DNA of 64,000 nucleotides, taken from NCBI RefSeq assembly GCF_964194155.1, contig NC_135897.1, forward strand, positions 74,834,001 to 74,898,000, given 5' to 3'. The notes under the pieces were generated by a model. It was not told where the DNA came from. It saw only the letters and a program-made list of their open reading frames with translations, and made no database searches. Source of the stretch: Cetorhinus maximus. Its lineage: Eukaryota. Below, piece after piece: positions 25,020 through 36,893 of this stretch (within the stretch, counting starts at the first letter, position 1; every line of letters starts with the position of its first letter). The position numbers and the translations under genes are program-made.

Positions 25020-25905
25020 ATTTATGAACAATGCATGATGTGACAAAAGAGACAAATATTTAAGTTTGCCAATGATACAACGATCGGCAGCATTGTAAGC
25101 AGTGTAGATAAAAGCATAAAATGACACATTAATAGAAAAAGTGAAAAGGCAAAAGTGTGTGTAGTCCACTCCAGACCTAAAACTATAGATCAGTGTACTT
25201 TTGAAATAGTAAAAAGTTAAAAACAGTGGAGGTCCAAAGGGGCTTAGGGATTTATCACTGCATCACTGCCAAAAATTTAATGGACAGATGCAGAAAATAA
25301 TCAAAAAGGCCAATGGAATGCTGTCCTTGTGTTTAGAAGATTGAAGTACAAAAGGGTAAAAGTTATGCAACAGCTATACAAAGCTATTAGACCAGACCTG
25401 GAGGACTATGTTCTGTTCCAGACACCACAACTTAGAAAGGAATTTTTGGCCTTGGAGGAAGCGTGACGTAGATTTACCAGAATGATACCTGGATGCCAAG
25501 TGTTAAAAACAGATTACACAAACTAGGAATTTAGACGGCTAAGGGGTTGATTTAATCAACATTTTCAAGATGATGTGAGGAACTGATGGGGTATATGGAG
25601 AGAAGTTTGTCATTGGTTGGGAATCTCAGACAAGGGCCATAGCCAGCCTAAAAGTTATAGCCAGATCTTTCAGGAGTAAAGTTAGGAAATGCTTTTACAA
25701 GCAAATGGTGAGGAAGTTTGGATTTTATTTCCATAAATGGCAGTTGATGATAGGATTTAACAATTGTTCTATCAATTTCAGGTTTAAATTTTTTGTTAAC
25801 CAAGGGTGTTAAAGGATATGGAATTAGGTCATAGATCAGCCATGATCTCATTGAATGGTGGGACAGGCTTGAGGAGTTAAATGGTCTTTTCTGTTCCTAT
25901 GTTCC
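25020..25905 (+). mobile_element. CR1 3' fragment
   Basis: AAGTTTGCCAATGATAC (decayed FADD) through tail CAGCCATGATCTCATTGAATGG...GTTCCTATGTTCC. Confidence 0.75.
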
Positions 25906-27279
25906 GATTCTGTTTTTTAAAAGGCTGCTTATAGTACCTGAACTTTAATATTATAAATGAATCTGGTATTGCAGAAGGATTTTGGGTTCCTATTCTAATT
26001 TGTTGAATCTGATCTGATCCAGAAAGACTGAATCAAAGCCATTACACCTGGATTCCAATATATAGCTCAAGTCATTGATCTGACTTTAAAAACAGTACTA
26101 TGCAGGGAAACACATTGGCTATTAATATCATAATCTTCTGTTCAATCCCATATGGTCACCGTTTACTGGCAATCCCCTGCCAATCCAAAACCACCTTTTT
26201 TTCCCCCTAATCTTGATTCCTAGTTCTGTGTGAGATCTGATTTTTCTTTTAATGGATGCAAATATTGTTATAGGTGATGGGCCACCTCCCCATATAACAG
26301 AAGAAAGGGGTGAGGGGAGAGAAAAATACTTGATGGTCAACAAAGGGAGCAGTGTGCCAACTATACACCCACTGGCATGCTTCGAAAATCACCTATAATA
26401 TTGATTAGGCGCTTATAGACCTGGCTGTGGAAGTATTCAACAGCATACCCACGGTGCCAAATTCAGCTTTAAACATGGTGACAGAATGCAGCTCACAGGC
26501 AATCTGTAATCAAATTTAGAAGGCTCCAAACATCATAATTTCACTTATCAATATATGCAAAGTAAAAACCAGGTCCATATAAGCACCATACATAAATATG
26601 ATGTAAAGTAACTTTAAAATTACATTGCACATTTTCCCCAAAAAATAATTTTATATTAATCTGAGTAGTAAACAAGACACAGCCTCTGTTGGTAGAAATC
26701 AGTTTAAAAACACATTGTTGAAAGAAGATGGACTCCATTCAATGGATGCATTTTCACTTCCTTGTTTCATTCTGGTATTCTCTGAAGTTCTGCCAAAGTT
26801 AAGAGGAATCTCTGATAATATATTAGCCACCTCAATATTTTCTTAATTTAGAATCCTGGAATCAGGTGAAACAATCACAAATACAATAAACAATTTGTAA
26901 TTTGGTATAAGAGAGCCAACAGATGGAAAGTGGAATGTGTTTAAAAATAAAAATGGGATGTAGGAATCCCTTGCTAGTTATATTGTAGCTTTGTCAGATT
27001 TTTATTCTCCCCCTTCCCAAGCCTGTGCTGTATGAATGTTAATGTCCCATGAGCCACTTTCTGGCAAGAAGCTGCACTCTTGGTTTTGCTGCCTCTTAAT
27101 AAGGTCTCATTGCTGTACTATTGACTTTTCTAGCAGGTTGGTTAAAGTTTAGTCTTTTTACTTTTTTGATCAAAATGGCAATGTTTAACCACTAGCAGTA
27201 AATCTTTGATTCTTCATTAAAGTGTGGGAGCGAAGGTCATCATTAAGCTGTAACCACAGAAAATTTTGCACTTTGGAGG

Positions 27280-28690
27280 ACGAAGACTTCTCATTCTTTG
27301 TAGTCAAAACCAGTGTAACTGCTGCTTTCCAACAGATTCTACTCATTGATTATGAGAATCTACCAGGAAAAGTGGAAAATTTCCCCTCTCTGTCCTGTCC
27401 AGCACAAAATGACAAATCCAATCTGGCAAATTCCCATCCTGTCAGCCTTCTCTCAGTTGCTGGCAAAATGATAGAAGATGTGCACTTACCAATAACTGTT
27501 CACTAATGCCCAGTTTGGATTTTGCCACAGCCACTTGGCTCCAGACCTTATTATAGCCCTGGTCCAAACATGGACAGAAGAGCTGAATTTCAGAGGTGAT
27601 GTGAGAATGACTGTCCTTGACAACAAGGCAGCATTTGATCAAGTGTGGCATCAAGGGGCCCTAGAAAAATCAAGGGGAAACTTTCCGCTGCTTAGTCATA
27701 CGTAGCACAGGGAAAGATGGTTGTGGTTATAGGAAGCCAATCATCTCACCCAGGATTCTGTTGCAGGAGTTCCTCAGGACAACCATCTTCAGTTGCTTCA
27801 TCAATTACCTTCCCTACACCTTAAGGTTAAAAGTGGGGATATTTGCAGATGATTGTGCAATGTTCAGTTCCATTTGCAACCCCTCAGATGATGCCTCAGT
27901 CTGTGCCCATGAAGCAAGCCAGACAATATTCAAGCTTGGGCTGATAAGTGACATAACATGCAGGCTGCATAAGTGCCAGGAAATAACCAACTCCAACAAG
28001 CAAAAGTCTAACCTCCCCCCTTTAACATTAAATGGCATTATCCTGGTCAAATTTCCTCCACTAGAAATATCTTGGGGGTCACCAACAACCAGAAAATTAA
28101 CTCAACCAGCCACATAAATACTGCAGCTACAACAGCAGGTCAGGGACTGGGGATTGTGCAATGTTGTGACTTGCCTCATGACTCCCTAAGGCCTGATGAC
28201 ATGATGGAAAAATCTCCATTTGCCTGGATAAACACACCTCCTAAAACACTCAAGAAGCTCGACTCTACCCAGGATAAAACAGGCCAGTTGATTGGCATCT
28301 CATCCACCGCCTTAAACATTCATCTCCTCCATCAGCGCACAATTGCAACAGCGTCCCATCCACAGGATGCCTTGTACCAACTCACTAAAACTTCTTCGAT
28401 AGCACCTCCCAAACCCATAACATCTACCACTTAAGAGCAGCAGGCTCATGTGAACAACAACACCTCCAAGTTTCTATCCAAGTCACACAACTTCTTAGCT
28501 TGGAAATATATCACCATCACCACTCAAAATCCTGGAATTCCTACCTAATAGCACTGTGGGAATACTTTCAGAACACCAATTGCAATGTTTCAAGAAAGCA
28601 GCTCACCACCACCGGACATCACAAGGACTATTAGAGATTGGCAATAAATGCTGGTCCAGCCAGCGACGCCCACGTCGCATGAATAAAACG
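27280..28690 (+). mobile_element. CR1-group LINE RT region and 3' tail
   Basis: IFSCFINYLP...VGIFADDCAMFSSI; tail GGCAATAAATGCTGGTCCAGCCAGCGACGCCCAC...GAATAAAA. Confidence 0.88.
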
Positions 28691-29077
28691 AATGTAGATG
28701 AGAACTGAGCAAGGTGGGTAGCAGATCTGTTGGCTTCAATGGGCAGTAAAATGGGGGGAGGTCAGATTAAACTCTTAAGAAGTCAAAGGTAAGAGTTCTT
28801 TTTGGAACCTTTAGTCTCAGTTATAGAGGATCTTGATATCGATTGTGTAACTAGTACGAGTTGTTCAGCTTGTGCTTAAAGCGGTCAGTAATTACACTAT
28901 CACTCCAGTCTCATTGTGAGGTTTTCCATTATAACACTGCTTATAATAAAGTTGGCAGTATGATACTATCTATTATAAACCTCTATCTGCTAACCGAAAC
29001 TCTAGGTTTATATAACATCACCCGAGGGATTTACGAAATTGAATTCGGTTCTAAGTAACGGGCATGAAAACCGGTGT

Positions 29078-29083
29078 TTTATT
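29078..29083 (-). terminator. Possible TM4SF20 polyadenylation signal
   Basis: AATAAA on the minus strand about 370 nt past the stop codon. Confidence 0.4.
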
Positions 29084-29449
29084 TGGCTTTAGAGAAACAG
29101 TTTGTGAAAACCCATCACCACCGAAACCCAGGTTTCTGCCAACGGCGGAAGCTACGATATGTCGTTCGATAATTTTCATACAAAGCAGTCATCTAGCTGG
29201 TATGAATAATTAGATACTTTCACAGTTGGGATAATATGTTAACGGTTCGGACAATTCAGCATGTAAGAGATTTCAGTGAGGGGAAGGCAATCCGCTAGAT
29301 CATGACTTTTTTGTACAATGCATTTTAGACAAACATTATTTAGAGTGCACTGGGAATGAAGACGCCATCATGATTTTTTTTTTCCGCACCAGGAGCTGTC
29401 ATTTTTTTCATTGTGACTGTTGGGAGTAATGGAGCTGACTGCAGGTTTA

Positions 29450-29786
29450 TTACACTGGTCTACTGCGCCTCCTCTTGGATGTTCCGCAGATAAAGCCGAA
29501 AACTCCAACGATTATTTGCAACGCACTGACCATCACTTCCAGTATCCCAACCAAAAAGAGTCCGCTGAATGTGATCCTGTGAATCGTCTTTTGAAAGCCT
29601 ACATCTGTCTCTAAACTGGGAGCTGTTGATGCGGCTTTCACGCTGGAAACGGTTAACTTATTGGCAGGAACTGTAGAAAAGTTGGTACCTGGTAGATCAG
29701 TTGGTACAATGTGAAAGCCAGTTTGATTAATTCCACACTTGTCTTCCACAAACCACTTCAAATCAATCTTGATATTTGAAAGAGAC
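29450..29786 (-). CDS. TM4SF20: TM4SF20-like (L6 family), exon 4
   Basis: Acceptor TTTTTTTCTAG; SLSNIKIDLKWFVEDKC...IHRITFSGLFLVGILEVMVSALQIIVGVFGFICGTSKRRRSRPV*, matching the recalled TM4SF20 C-terminus LLLVGILEVLFGLSQIVIGFLGCLCGVSKRRSQIV. Confidence 0.88.
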
Positions 29787-30396
29787 CTAGAAAAAAAGTT
29801 TTTATTAATGCAGTACACAATTTTTGTGTATCAATTAATATTTTTCTCTAGCTTTTTGTAATAGGGTGCACAATGTGGGCAGATCTCTGCCAATGTCAGT
29901 AGCTGGTGCACAGATTGCCAGAGACAGATTTCTTGTGATTTTTCTTTCATGCCTTAATGGGGAGCACCTGGATATATAGGTGCAGGGATTAAATTAAACC
30001 GGATCAACTACAACACAACTAGATCGTTCTAAAGATTTTTTTTTTTAAAAACACGAATAAATCAAGGCGGGCCACCCGGAACACCACTTTATTCAAAAGG
30101 AATTGTTGCTGTTAATTTAAGATTTGAAGAGCTCGCTGACGCAAAGGTAACTTTGTCCCTTCATCTTTTGTTGTTGGAGGTCTGCTATCAGGCTGCCAGT
30201 TAATAGGTGATTTCCCAGGTCCCCTCAGGTATCTTCGCTATACTGTACGTTTCTCTCCTCCTTCTGGTCAGTCGCATGGGTCTCTTAGAACTGCCTGCAA
30301 GTGCTAGAAAACCTCCTTTGTTTCCTGAGAACCGGAACTGGACTCTTACGCCCCATTAGATCAAATTATTCATTGGTTTAAATTATACGAAAACTA

Positions 30397-30424
30397 AATA
30401 ATAATAATAATAATAAATAATAAC
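30397..30424. repeat. (TAA)n microsatellite
   Basis: AAATAATAATAATAATAATAAATAATAA in TM4SF20 intron 3. Confidence 0.85.
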
Positions 30425-30594
30425 CAGTGAGCCAAATGTTCAATCATTATACGGTGTATAGAAAACTTAGCGAAATCGCTGTCTAAGCAGCATCCGCGTT
30501 CTGTTGCAGTGTGATGTACCACTGTGCTGTGCAGGTGTCCTTGCACCAGTATTTGGCTTATCGGTTGTTATAATATATACAAAAAAATACTTGC

Positions 30595-30746
30595 TTTATG
30601 TCTTCTATTGAGAAGCTGCAGTTTTCCAGACTGTGACTTTCTGTATCGCAGACCAGTGGCCCCTTAATCAGGGAATGCAGTGAGACCAATGCACAGTACA
30701 CGGCTCCAAGAACACTGATCAGACTGAGAAGTGCAGACAGCAGGAG
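30595..30746 (-). CDS. TM4SF20: TM4SF20-like exon 3 (TM3 plus start of the large loop); donor appears to be GC
   Basis: CTGCAG acceptor; LLLSALLSLISVLGAVYCALVSLHSLIKGPLVCDTESHSLENCSFSIEDI. The phase-2 end required by exon 4 falls at AA|GCAAGT. Confidence 0.85.
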
Positions 30747-30898
30747 CTGCAGGTCAGAACACAGAATGGTGAGAATAAGATTTTTATGCAATGATCACAT
30801 GCAGGGGTTTTTTTTTTGTTATCAAGGTTGGAAATAAAGTTCAATTAAGTTATTATTTCAATATGGACTGGGTGCTTTGAGTTGATTTTTGCACCTAC

Positions 30899-30964
30899 CC
30901 CTGTTCTGGTATTGCAGTTTTGTCCCTTCCGTGCTGCCAGAGACATGGATACTGTTGGAATGAC
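30899..30964 (-). CDS. TM4SF20: TM4SF20-like exon 2 (66 nt)
   Basis: CAG/GTAGGT bounded; VIPTVSMSLAARKGQNCNTRTG versus recalled human AIPATTMSLTARKRACCNNRTG. Confidence 0.92.
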
Positions 30965-31416
30965 CTGTATCAAACGGGAGCCGAAACAAGTATTCAGAAA
31001 TAACTACTCTGGAGGTAGGAATCTGTAGAACAGACTATCTTAAAAATATTCAACAGGAATAAACAGATGTGCGATTGAACTGAAACTGCACAGAAATGCT
31101 CTGGCATTGTGGGCAAACGTAAGTTTTAAAAACCCCAAATGAGTGTGGAGATGATTGAATTTTCCGTTTTTCATTTGTCTACAATTTTAGCCACATAATA
31201 ACACGGGAGAAGTATTCCAATGTAATTATGCTGAAGATTAAATTTAAAACAGTCTCTGGCTAAATGTTGCTTTCGAAGATAGCTAAGGGCACAAAATACT
31301 AAATATGTCCTTCTGCTTGTATCTTCCAGTGAATCAAACGAAACAGAATCAGAGTTCTTACAACATTGTTGCCTCATGCCTTAAGAACCTCGTGCGGATG
31401 GACCCACAGGAAGACA

Positions 31417-31604
31417 AATAAAAACAGAATATGCTGGAAATACTCAACAGGTCAGGCAGCATCAGCAGTGGAGAGAGAAACGGTTAATTCTCTTGAAAGG
31501 TCATCGGTCTCTGTTTCTCTCCCCGAAGTTGCCTGACCTGCTGAGTATTTCCAGCGTTTTCTGTTTTTATTTCAGATTTCCAGCCTCCACAGTGTTTTGC
31601 TTTT
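31417..31604. mobile_element. Penelope-terminus fold-back element in TM4SF20 intron 1
   Basis: Inverted arms AATAAAAACAGAA..GCTGGAAATACTCA..CAGGTCAGGCA / TGCCTGACCTGCTGAGTATTTCCAGC..CTGTTTTTATT. TSD CCACAGGAAGACA (31404-31416) / CCACGGGAAGACA (31605-31617). Confidence 0.8.
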
Positions 31605-31733
31605 CCACGGGAAGACACGTTAGTTTTCCAGTCTTCTGGGCTGGTTTCTAATGACCATTTTCATAAGACTGCAACATTTTTATTGTTACAACATGAAGCT
31701 CTATACCTGAAATATCAACAAGTACTCTTTCTT

Positions 31734-31930
31734 AAATAAAACAGAAAATGCTCTAAGTACTCAATAGGTTGGGCAGCATTTGCGGAGGAAGAAATGAACG
31801 TTTCAGACCGATGACCTTTCGTCAGAACAGTTCCTATTGTTCCTTTACAGATGCTGCCTGATCGCTAAGTGTTTCCGAGATTTCTGTTTTTTGTTTCCGA
31901 GTTCCAGCATTAGCAGTAATTTATTGTTTT
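31734..31930. mobile_element. Second, older Penelope-terminus fold-back element
   Basis: Inverted arms of the same family; minus-strand CTGACGA-AAGGTC-ATC-GGTCT-GAAACGTT at ~31797-31830. Confidence 0.7.
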
Positions 31931-32320
31931 ACAAAGTTAAACAAATGGAAATACACCCGACTAAAACCATCTTACAGTATCCCTGTTTAGGTGACATGGA
32001 ATTTCTATCTGTCGACGGCAATTATATAGTTATCACCTGCTTTGAACTGAATACTAGAATACCAGGCTTGATATTTTCTTTGGAAGTTATCTTAGTCCAG
32101 AATAAAATTATTATCCAAGACTGGTCAGCCATTGCACTATGCTGCTCACTGTCCAGTCGCAAAATTCTTGTTTTTTTAAATATGCCATGGTCCCAGTCAA
32201 GCACCTACACTGGCTCTCGTACTAGAACATTCCTAACTCAATTACTCTGTTGAAGAAGCAAACTCTAACTAAAATCCTACAAGAGGATTCCCTAGCTGGC
32301 TCTGCGGTGCAATATCTTAC

Positions 32321-32491
32321 CAAGATCCCACCTCCAAAAATACCAGGTAGCCACCATTCATAACACGATATGGAGTTCCGAAATAACCGACCATCGCGGC
32401 AGTTCACGATTAGAGGTATCATGTTCAGGACAATAGCCAAAATGGTCAAAGCCAGGAGACAAGAACCATTAAACAATGTGAAGCACGGCAT
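32321..32491 (-). CDS. TM4SF20: TM4SF20-like exon 1 coding part
   Basis: MPCFTLFNGSCLLALTILAIVLNMIPLIV...NSISCYEWWLPGIFGGGIL then GTAAGA donor. VLNxIPLIV and ISCxEWWxPGI fit TM4SF20, as does the position between MFF and AGFG1. CDS totals 726 nt (241 aa). Confidence 0.9.
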
Positions 32492-32784
32492 TCCCGATCT
32501 CTCGCAGGTACAGCAGTAAAAGGCAGCTGGAACTCAAAGACTAATAAATTACAACCGCTTCAGGGCGATTGACTTTTAAAATGTAGTTAAATATTAGTTC
32601 AAAGTTTAAGCCTATTTTCGGGGACTTTTTTTAAGTAAAGTTGTGATGCAGGGGCCGTAAAATTCCGGCCTCTAGTTCTGACTCACTAATTTGAATCATT
32701 AACATCTTTAGGCTGTTTAAGCAGAGCTCGCGGATAAGGCCAGCCATTTAGACTAGAGGCATTCCATGTAACATAAGAATATGG

Positions 32785-33660
32785 TTTTTTTTATTGATTC
32801 ACGGGACGTGGGCTTCGCTGGCTAGGCCAGCATTCATTTCCCATCCCTAGTTGCCCTTGAGAGTAGTGAGCTGTCCTGCTGAACCGCGACAGTCCATGTG
32901 GTGTAGGTACATCCACATTGCTGATAGGAAGGGAGTTCCAGGATTTTGACCCAGCCACAGTGAAGGAACGGTGATATATTTCCAGTCAGGATGGTGAGTG
33001 ACTTGGAGGGGAACTTCCAGGTGGTGGTGTTTTTTTTTATTCATTCATGGGTTGTGGGCGTCGCTGGCTAGGCCAGCATTTATTACCCATCCCTAACTGC
33101 CCTTGTTCAGGGGGCAGTTAAGAGTCAACCACATTGCTGTGGGTCTAGAGTCACATGTAGGCCAGACCAGGTAAGGACAGCAGATTTCCTTACCTAAAGG
33201 ACATTAGTGAACCAGATGGGCTTGTACAACAATCGGCAATGGTTTCATGGTCATCATTTGTTCCCAACTATCTGCTGCCCTTGTCCTTCTAGACGGTAGT
33301 GGTCGTAGGTTTGGAAGGTGCTGTCGAAGGAGCCTTGGTGAATTCCTGCAGTGCATCTTGTAGATGGTACACACTGCTGCTACTGTGCGTCGGTGGTGGA
33401 GGGAGTGAATGTTTGTGAATGTGGTACCAAACAAGCAGACTGCTTTGTCCTGGATAGTGTCAAGCTTCTTGAGTGTTGTGCGAGCTGCACTCATCCAGGC
33501 TAGTGGGGAGTATTCCATCACACTCTTGACTTGTGCCTTGTGGATGGTGGACAGGCTTTGGGGAGTCAGGAGGTGGATTACTCGTTGCACAATGCCTCTG
33601 AGCTGCTCTTGTAGCCACAGTATTTATATAGCTAATCCAGTTCAGTTTCTGGTCAATGTT
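32785..33660 (-). mobile_element. CR1-group LINE 3' fragment with nested SINE (~33030-33260)
   Basis: ORF LLTPQSLSTIHKAQVKSVMEYSPLAWMSAARTTLKKLDTIQDK; a second tail plus SINE body is inserted at GGTGGTGTT|TGTTCCCA. Confidence 0.88.
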
Positions 33661-34299
33661 ACATATAGAATAGCCACAGATAAGAAAAATATCAAAAAAT
33701 AGGATTACACATAGGATGTACTGTGATAAAACACAATGTTTTGTATAAAAATCAAATATGCTGGAGTTTGGATCTACCAGTGAGTACTTTACACTGGGAC
33801 CAACTGATTTATTATTGCATGGCAGTGATCTCATGATTTCCATGCAATTTTTTTTCATTCTCACTGCAAATACTGCTTCTAAAATCAGGCATAAAATCCT
33901 GCTAGTCTTTCCTTTCTCTATATTACATGGAGACAGCACAATGGTCGATCACCTTCATCTCAATGCTAATTTTTTTTGGATTTGGCAGGTGCTTTTGCAG
34001 CCATATGCCCTTGGTGCTGTTAACCTTCCTCACTTACCTGGGCTGGGGACCAGCACCAGGTACACACTGGCTTGCTGGCACCAGTTGCCGTGTTCTTCCA
34101 TAGCCAACAAATCCTAGAAAGGGACTTGAACCCGGGCCTTCTGGCTCAGGGACAGGCGAGCCAAGCACTAAGCCACTCCGGTGCCTTACATCTGCTGTCA
34201 AATCCTGCTAGTATCGCACAGAATTTTTTAAACAGCTTTTGTACTGTTTTGTAAATTCCTCTTTTTATTCCCTCTCCTGAAGCTGTGCAATGGTGAAGC

Positions 34300-35000
34300 T
34301 TTTTTTTTATTTGCACATAGCATGTCAGCATCATTTGCAAGGCCGGCAACTATTGTCTACCCCTTATTGACCTTGAGAAGGTGGTGGGGAGCCGCCTGCT
34401 TGAACTGCTACATTCCATTGCTGGCAGGGAGGGGGGGCCAGGATATTTATCCAATGACATAAGGAAAAGCAATATAGTTCCAATCAGTGTAGCTTGGAGG
34501 GGAACTTGCAGGTGTTCCCATGCTTCTGCTCCCTTTGTCCTTCTAAGTGGTAGAGATTGCAGATTTGGAAGCTGCTGTCAAAGGAAGCTTGGCGAGCTGT
34601 TGCAGTGCATCTAGTAGATAGGTGCCACGGTGTGCCTGTGGTGGAGGGAATGAATGTGTAAGGTACTGGCTGGGGTGCCAATTAAGCAAACTGCTTTGTC
34701 CTGGATGGTGCCGAGCTTTTTGAGTGATGCTGGAGCTGCAATCATCCAGGCAAGCAGGGAATATCCCATCACACGCTGGGCTTGTGCCTTGAGAGGCTTT
34801 GGGGAGTCAGGCAGTGAGTTACTCACCAAAGAGTTCCCAGCCTCTGACCTGCTCTTGTAGCCACAGATTTATATGGCTGTTCCAATTCAGTTTCTGGCCA
34901 ATGATAACCCCCGGGATGTTAATGGTGGGGGATTCAGTGATGGCAGTGCCATTGAATGTCAAGGGGAACTCATTGGATTCTCTCTTGATGGTGATGGTGC
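34300..35000 (-). mobile_element. CR1-group LINE 3' fragment
   Basis: PLTFNGTAITESPTINIPGVIIGQKLNWNSHIN and LKKLGTIQDKAVCLIGT remnants. Confidence 0.85.
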
Positions 35001-36489
35001 TGTGAACATTTAGTTCATGGTTCATGTGTTTTGGAATATACCTTTTAGTTTTAGAATATAATTTTAGTTTTAGGAATTAAAGTTTTTTTGTAGAAAATGG
35101 GACAAATGCAATTAAAATCAGAACAGAAGAGATGGAGCTATAAAATAGTAGATGGGCTTACGTAGCTAGAGAACTGGAGACGTAATGTTTACACTGCTTG
35201 CAAAGACATGGAGCCCAGAGAGATGGTTTTGCTTTGGGAACTGGAGCTAAATTAGTTTAAAGCATTTGGTGAATATTTGATTAACAGGGGGCACTGATGG
35301 TAAAATTCTCTGCTTAAACTAAAAGCCTCTATGTATAATCATCCCTATTAGACTACACAAAAAAATTTAAGTGGCAGCAACTGGTGCACTGAAAGGTTCT
35401 AAAACCCATTTAATTCACCAGGTCAAAAAAATTGTAAATGAAGGATAGTTAACTCAAAGGTCGGTTGGAGGATAGCCCTGAGCAGGCTATGTCATCATGA
35501 AGGTGGGTAGAGCTTAGGAAGGTTCTCTGGTTTCAACTTACCTGGGTGTTAGCTGAGAGAGTTTGTAGTTAAGGTTGATGTGTCTTTTAAGAGAATTCTT
35601 AGGGGAAGTAGGAAGTAAACATGAGTCCATAACATGCATAGTTATAAACCCTAATGTTAAGTTAATAGTGCTTGTTTTGTTTAAGTCTTTTATATACAAT
35701 AACATTTGTTTTGTTTAAAAAAAATCAAATATTGTGACATAGCTTTATTGGTTAAAATTAGGTATTTTGATTTATTTTTAAATGTTAACAGCCCTTAACC
35801 ACATTGTAACAATGAGCATAGCCTGGCACTTAAACAAGACATTGTGGTATGTTCCCCAAGTGGACATTCTGCATTTGTAAATTTAGTGACTGATAGATCA
35901 CGTGATAATGATGATCAGGAGACCACAGCTGAACCTGATCCCACCAATATCCACATTTAAGTGCTTTCCACCAGGTCCTCTTTGATTAAGAATAATCAAA
36001 TTGTATATTGCACATTTCATCCATCTTATAATTAACAAATAAAAAAATTAAACTAAATAAAACATGAAACATAGAATCTACTACAAGGAACAAGTCCTTC
36101 GGCTTTCTCAATGCAGTATTTTGTACTAGCAGTACACATTGACAGCTAGAATACACCAGGTCCTTTCTGATTAAGAATGGGAACTGCTGATTTTCTTCCT
36201 CCTCCCTGTCTTTGCTGATGCCAATTTATGTGTCACATTACAGCTAATTTTGAACAAGGATCGTAAATTTGATTTGAATATATGTGAGTCTAGACTGTAA
36301 CTGCCTCAGTTATCATTTTATAACTGTGCATGTATGGTGTAGGCATGCAGGAACCACTAAGTGTTGACTTATTTCTAGATATTCCCTTCTTTCATGAGAT
36401 GACATGACAGAGTGAACCCCTATTCTAAAACAAAAACAGAATTACCTGGAAAAACTCAGCAAGTCTGGCAGCATCGGCGGAGAAGAAAT

Positions 36490-36530
36490 CAGTTAACGTT
36501 TCGAGCCTTCATGGCCCTTCGGCAGAACTG
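36490..36530 (-). ncRNA. Minimal type I hammerhead motif in the Penelope 3' terminus
   Basis: CAGTT-CTGCCGA-A-GGGCC-ATGAA-GGCTC-GAAA-CGTT-AACTG: 5-bp stem I, 5-bp stem II, palindromic ACGT. Confidence 0.75.
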
Positions 36531-36893
36531 CAGCATAGTTTCAACAAGGGAGAAATATAAATTGGTTTAAGGTGGGTGGGGGTGGGGGGGGGGGGGGGGA
36601 AGAGACACATTGAGGGTGTGGTGTGAGCAGATAATCAAAAGATGTCACAGACAAAAGGATCAAAGAGGTGTTGAAGGTGGTGGTCTTTGTCTGAGAAAAG
36701 TGCTAATTAAGAATGGAAAACAGGATATTCAAAGTACAGCTCTAGTGGGGGTGGGGTGGAAAGACTAAAGGTTTTAGTTTTAGATTTAAAAATAATGGAA
36801 ATAGGTGGGGAAAGAAGAATCTATATAAATTATTGAAAAAAAAAGCGGGTGGGGGGGGAAAAGAAACGGGGTGGGGATGGGGGGAGGGGGAGT

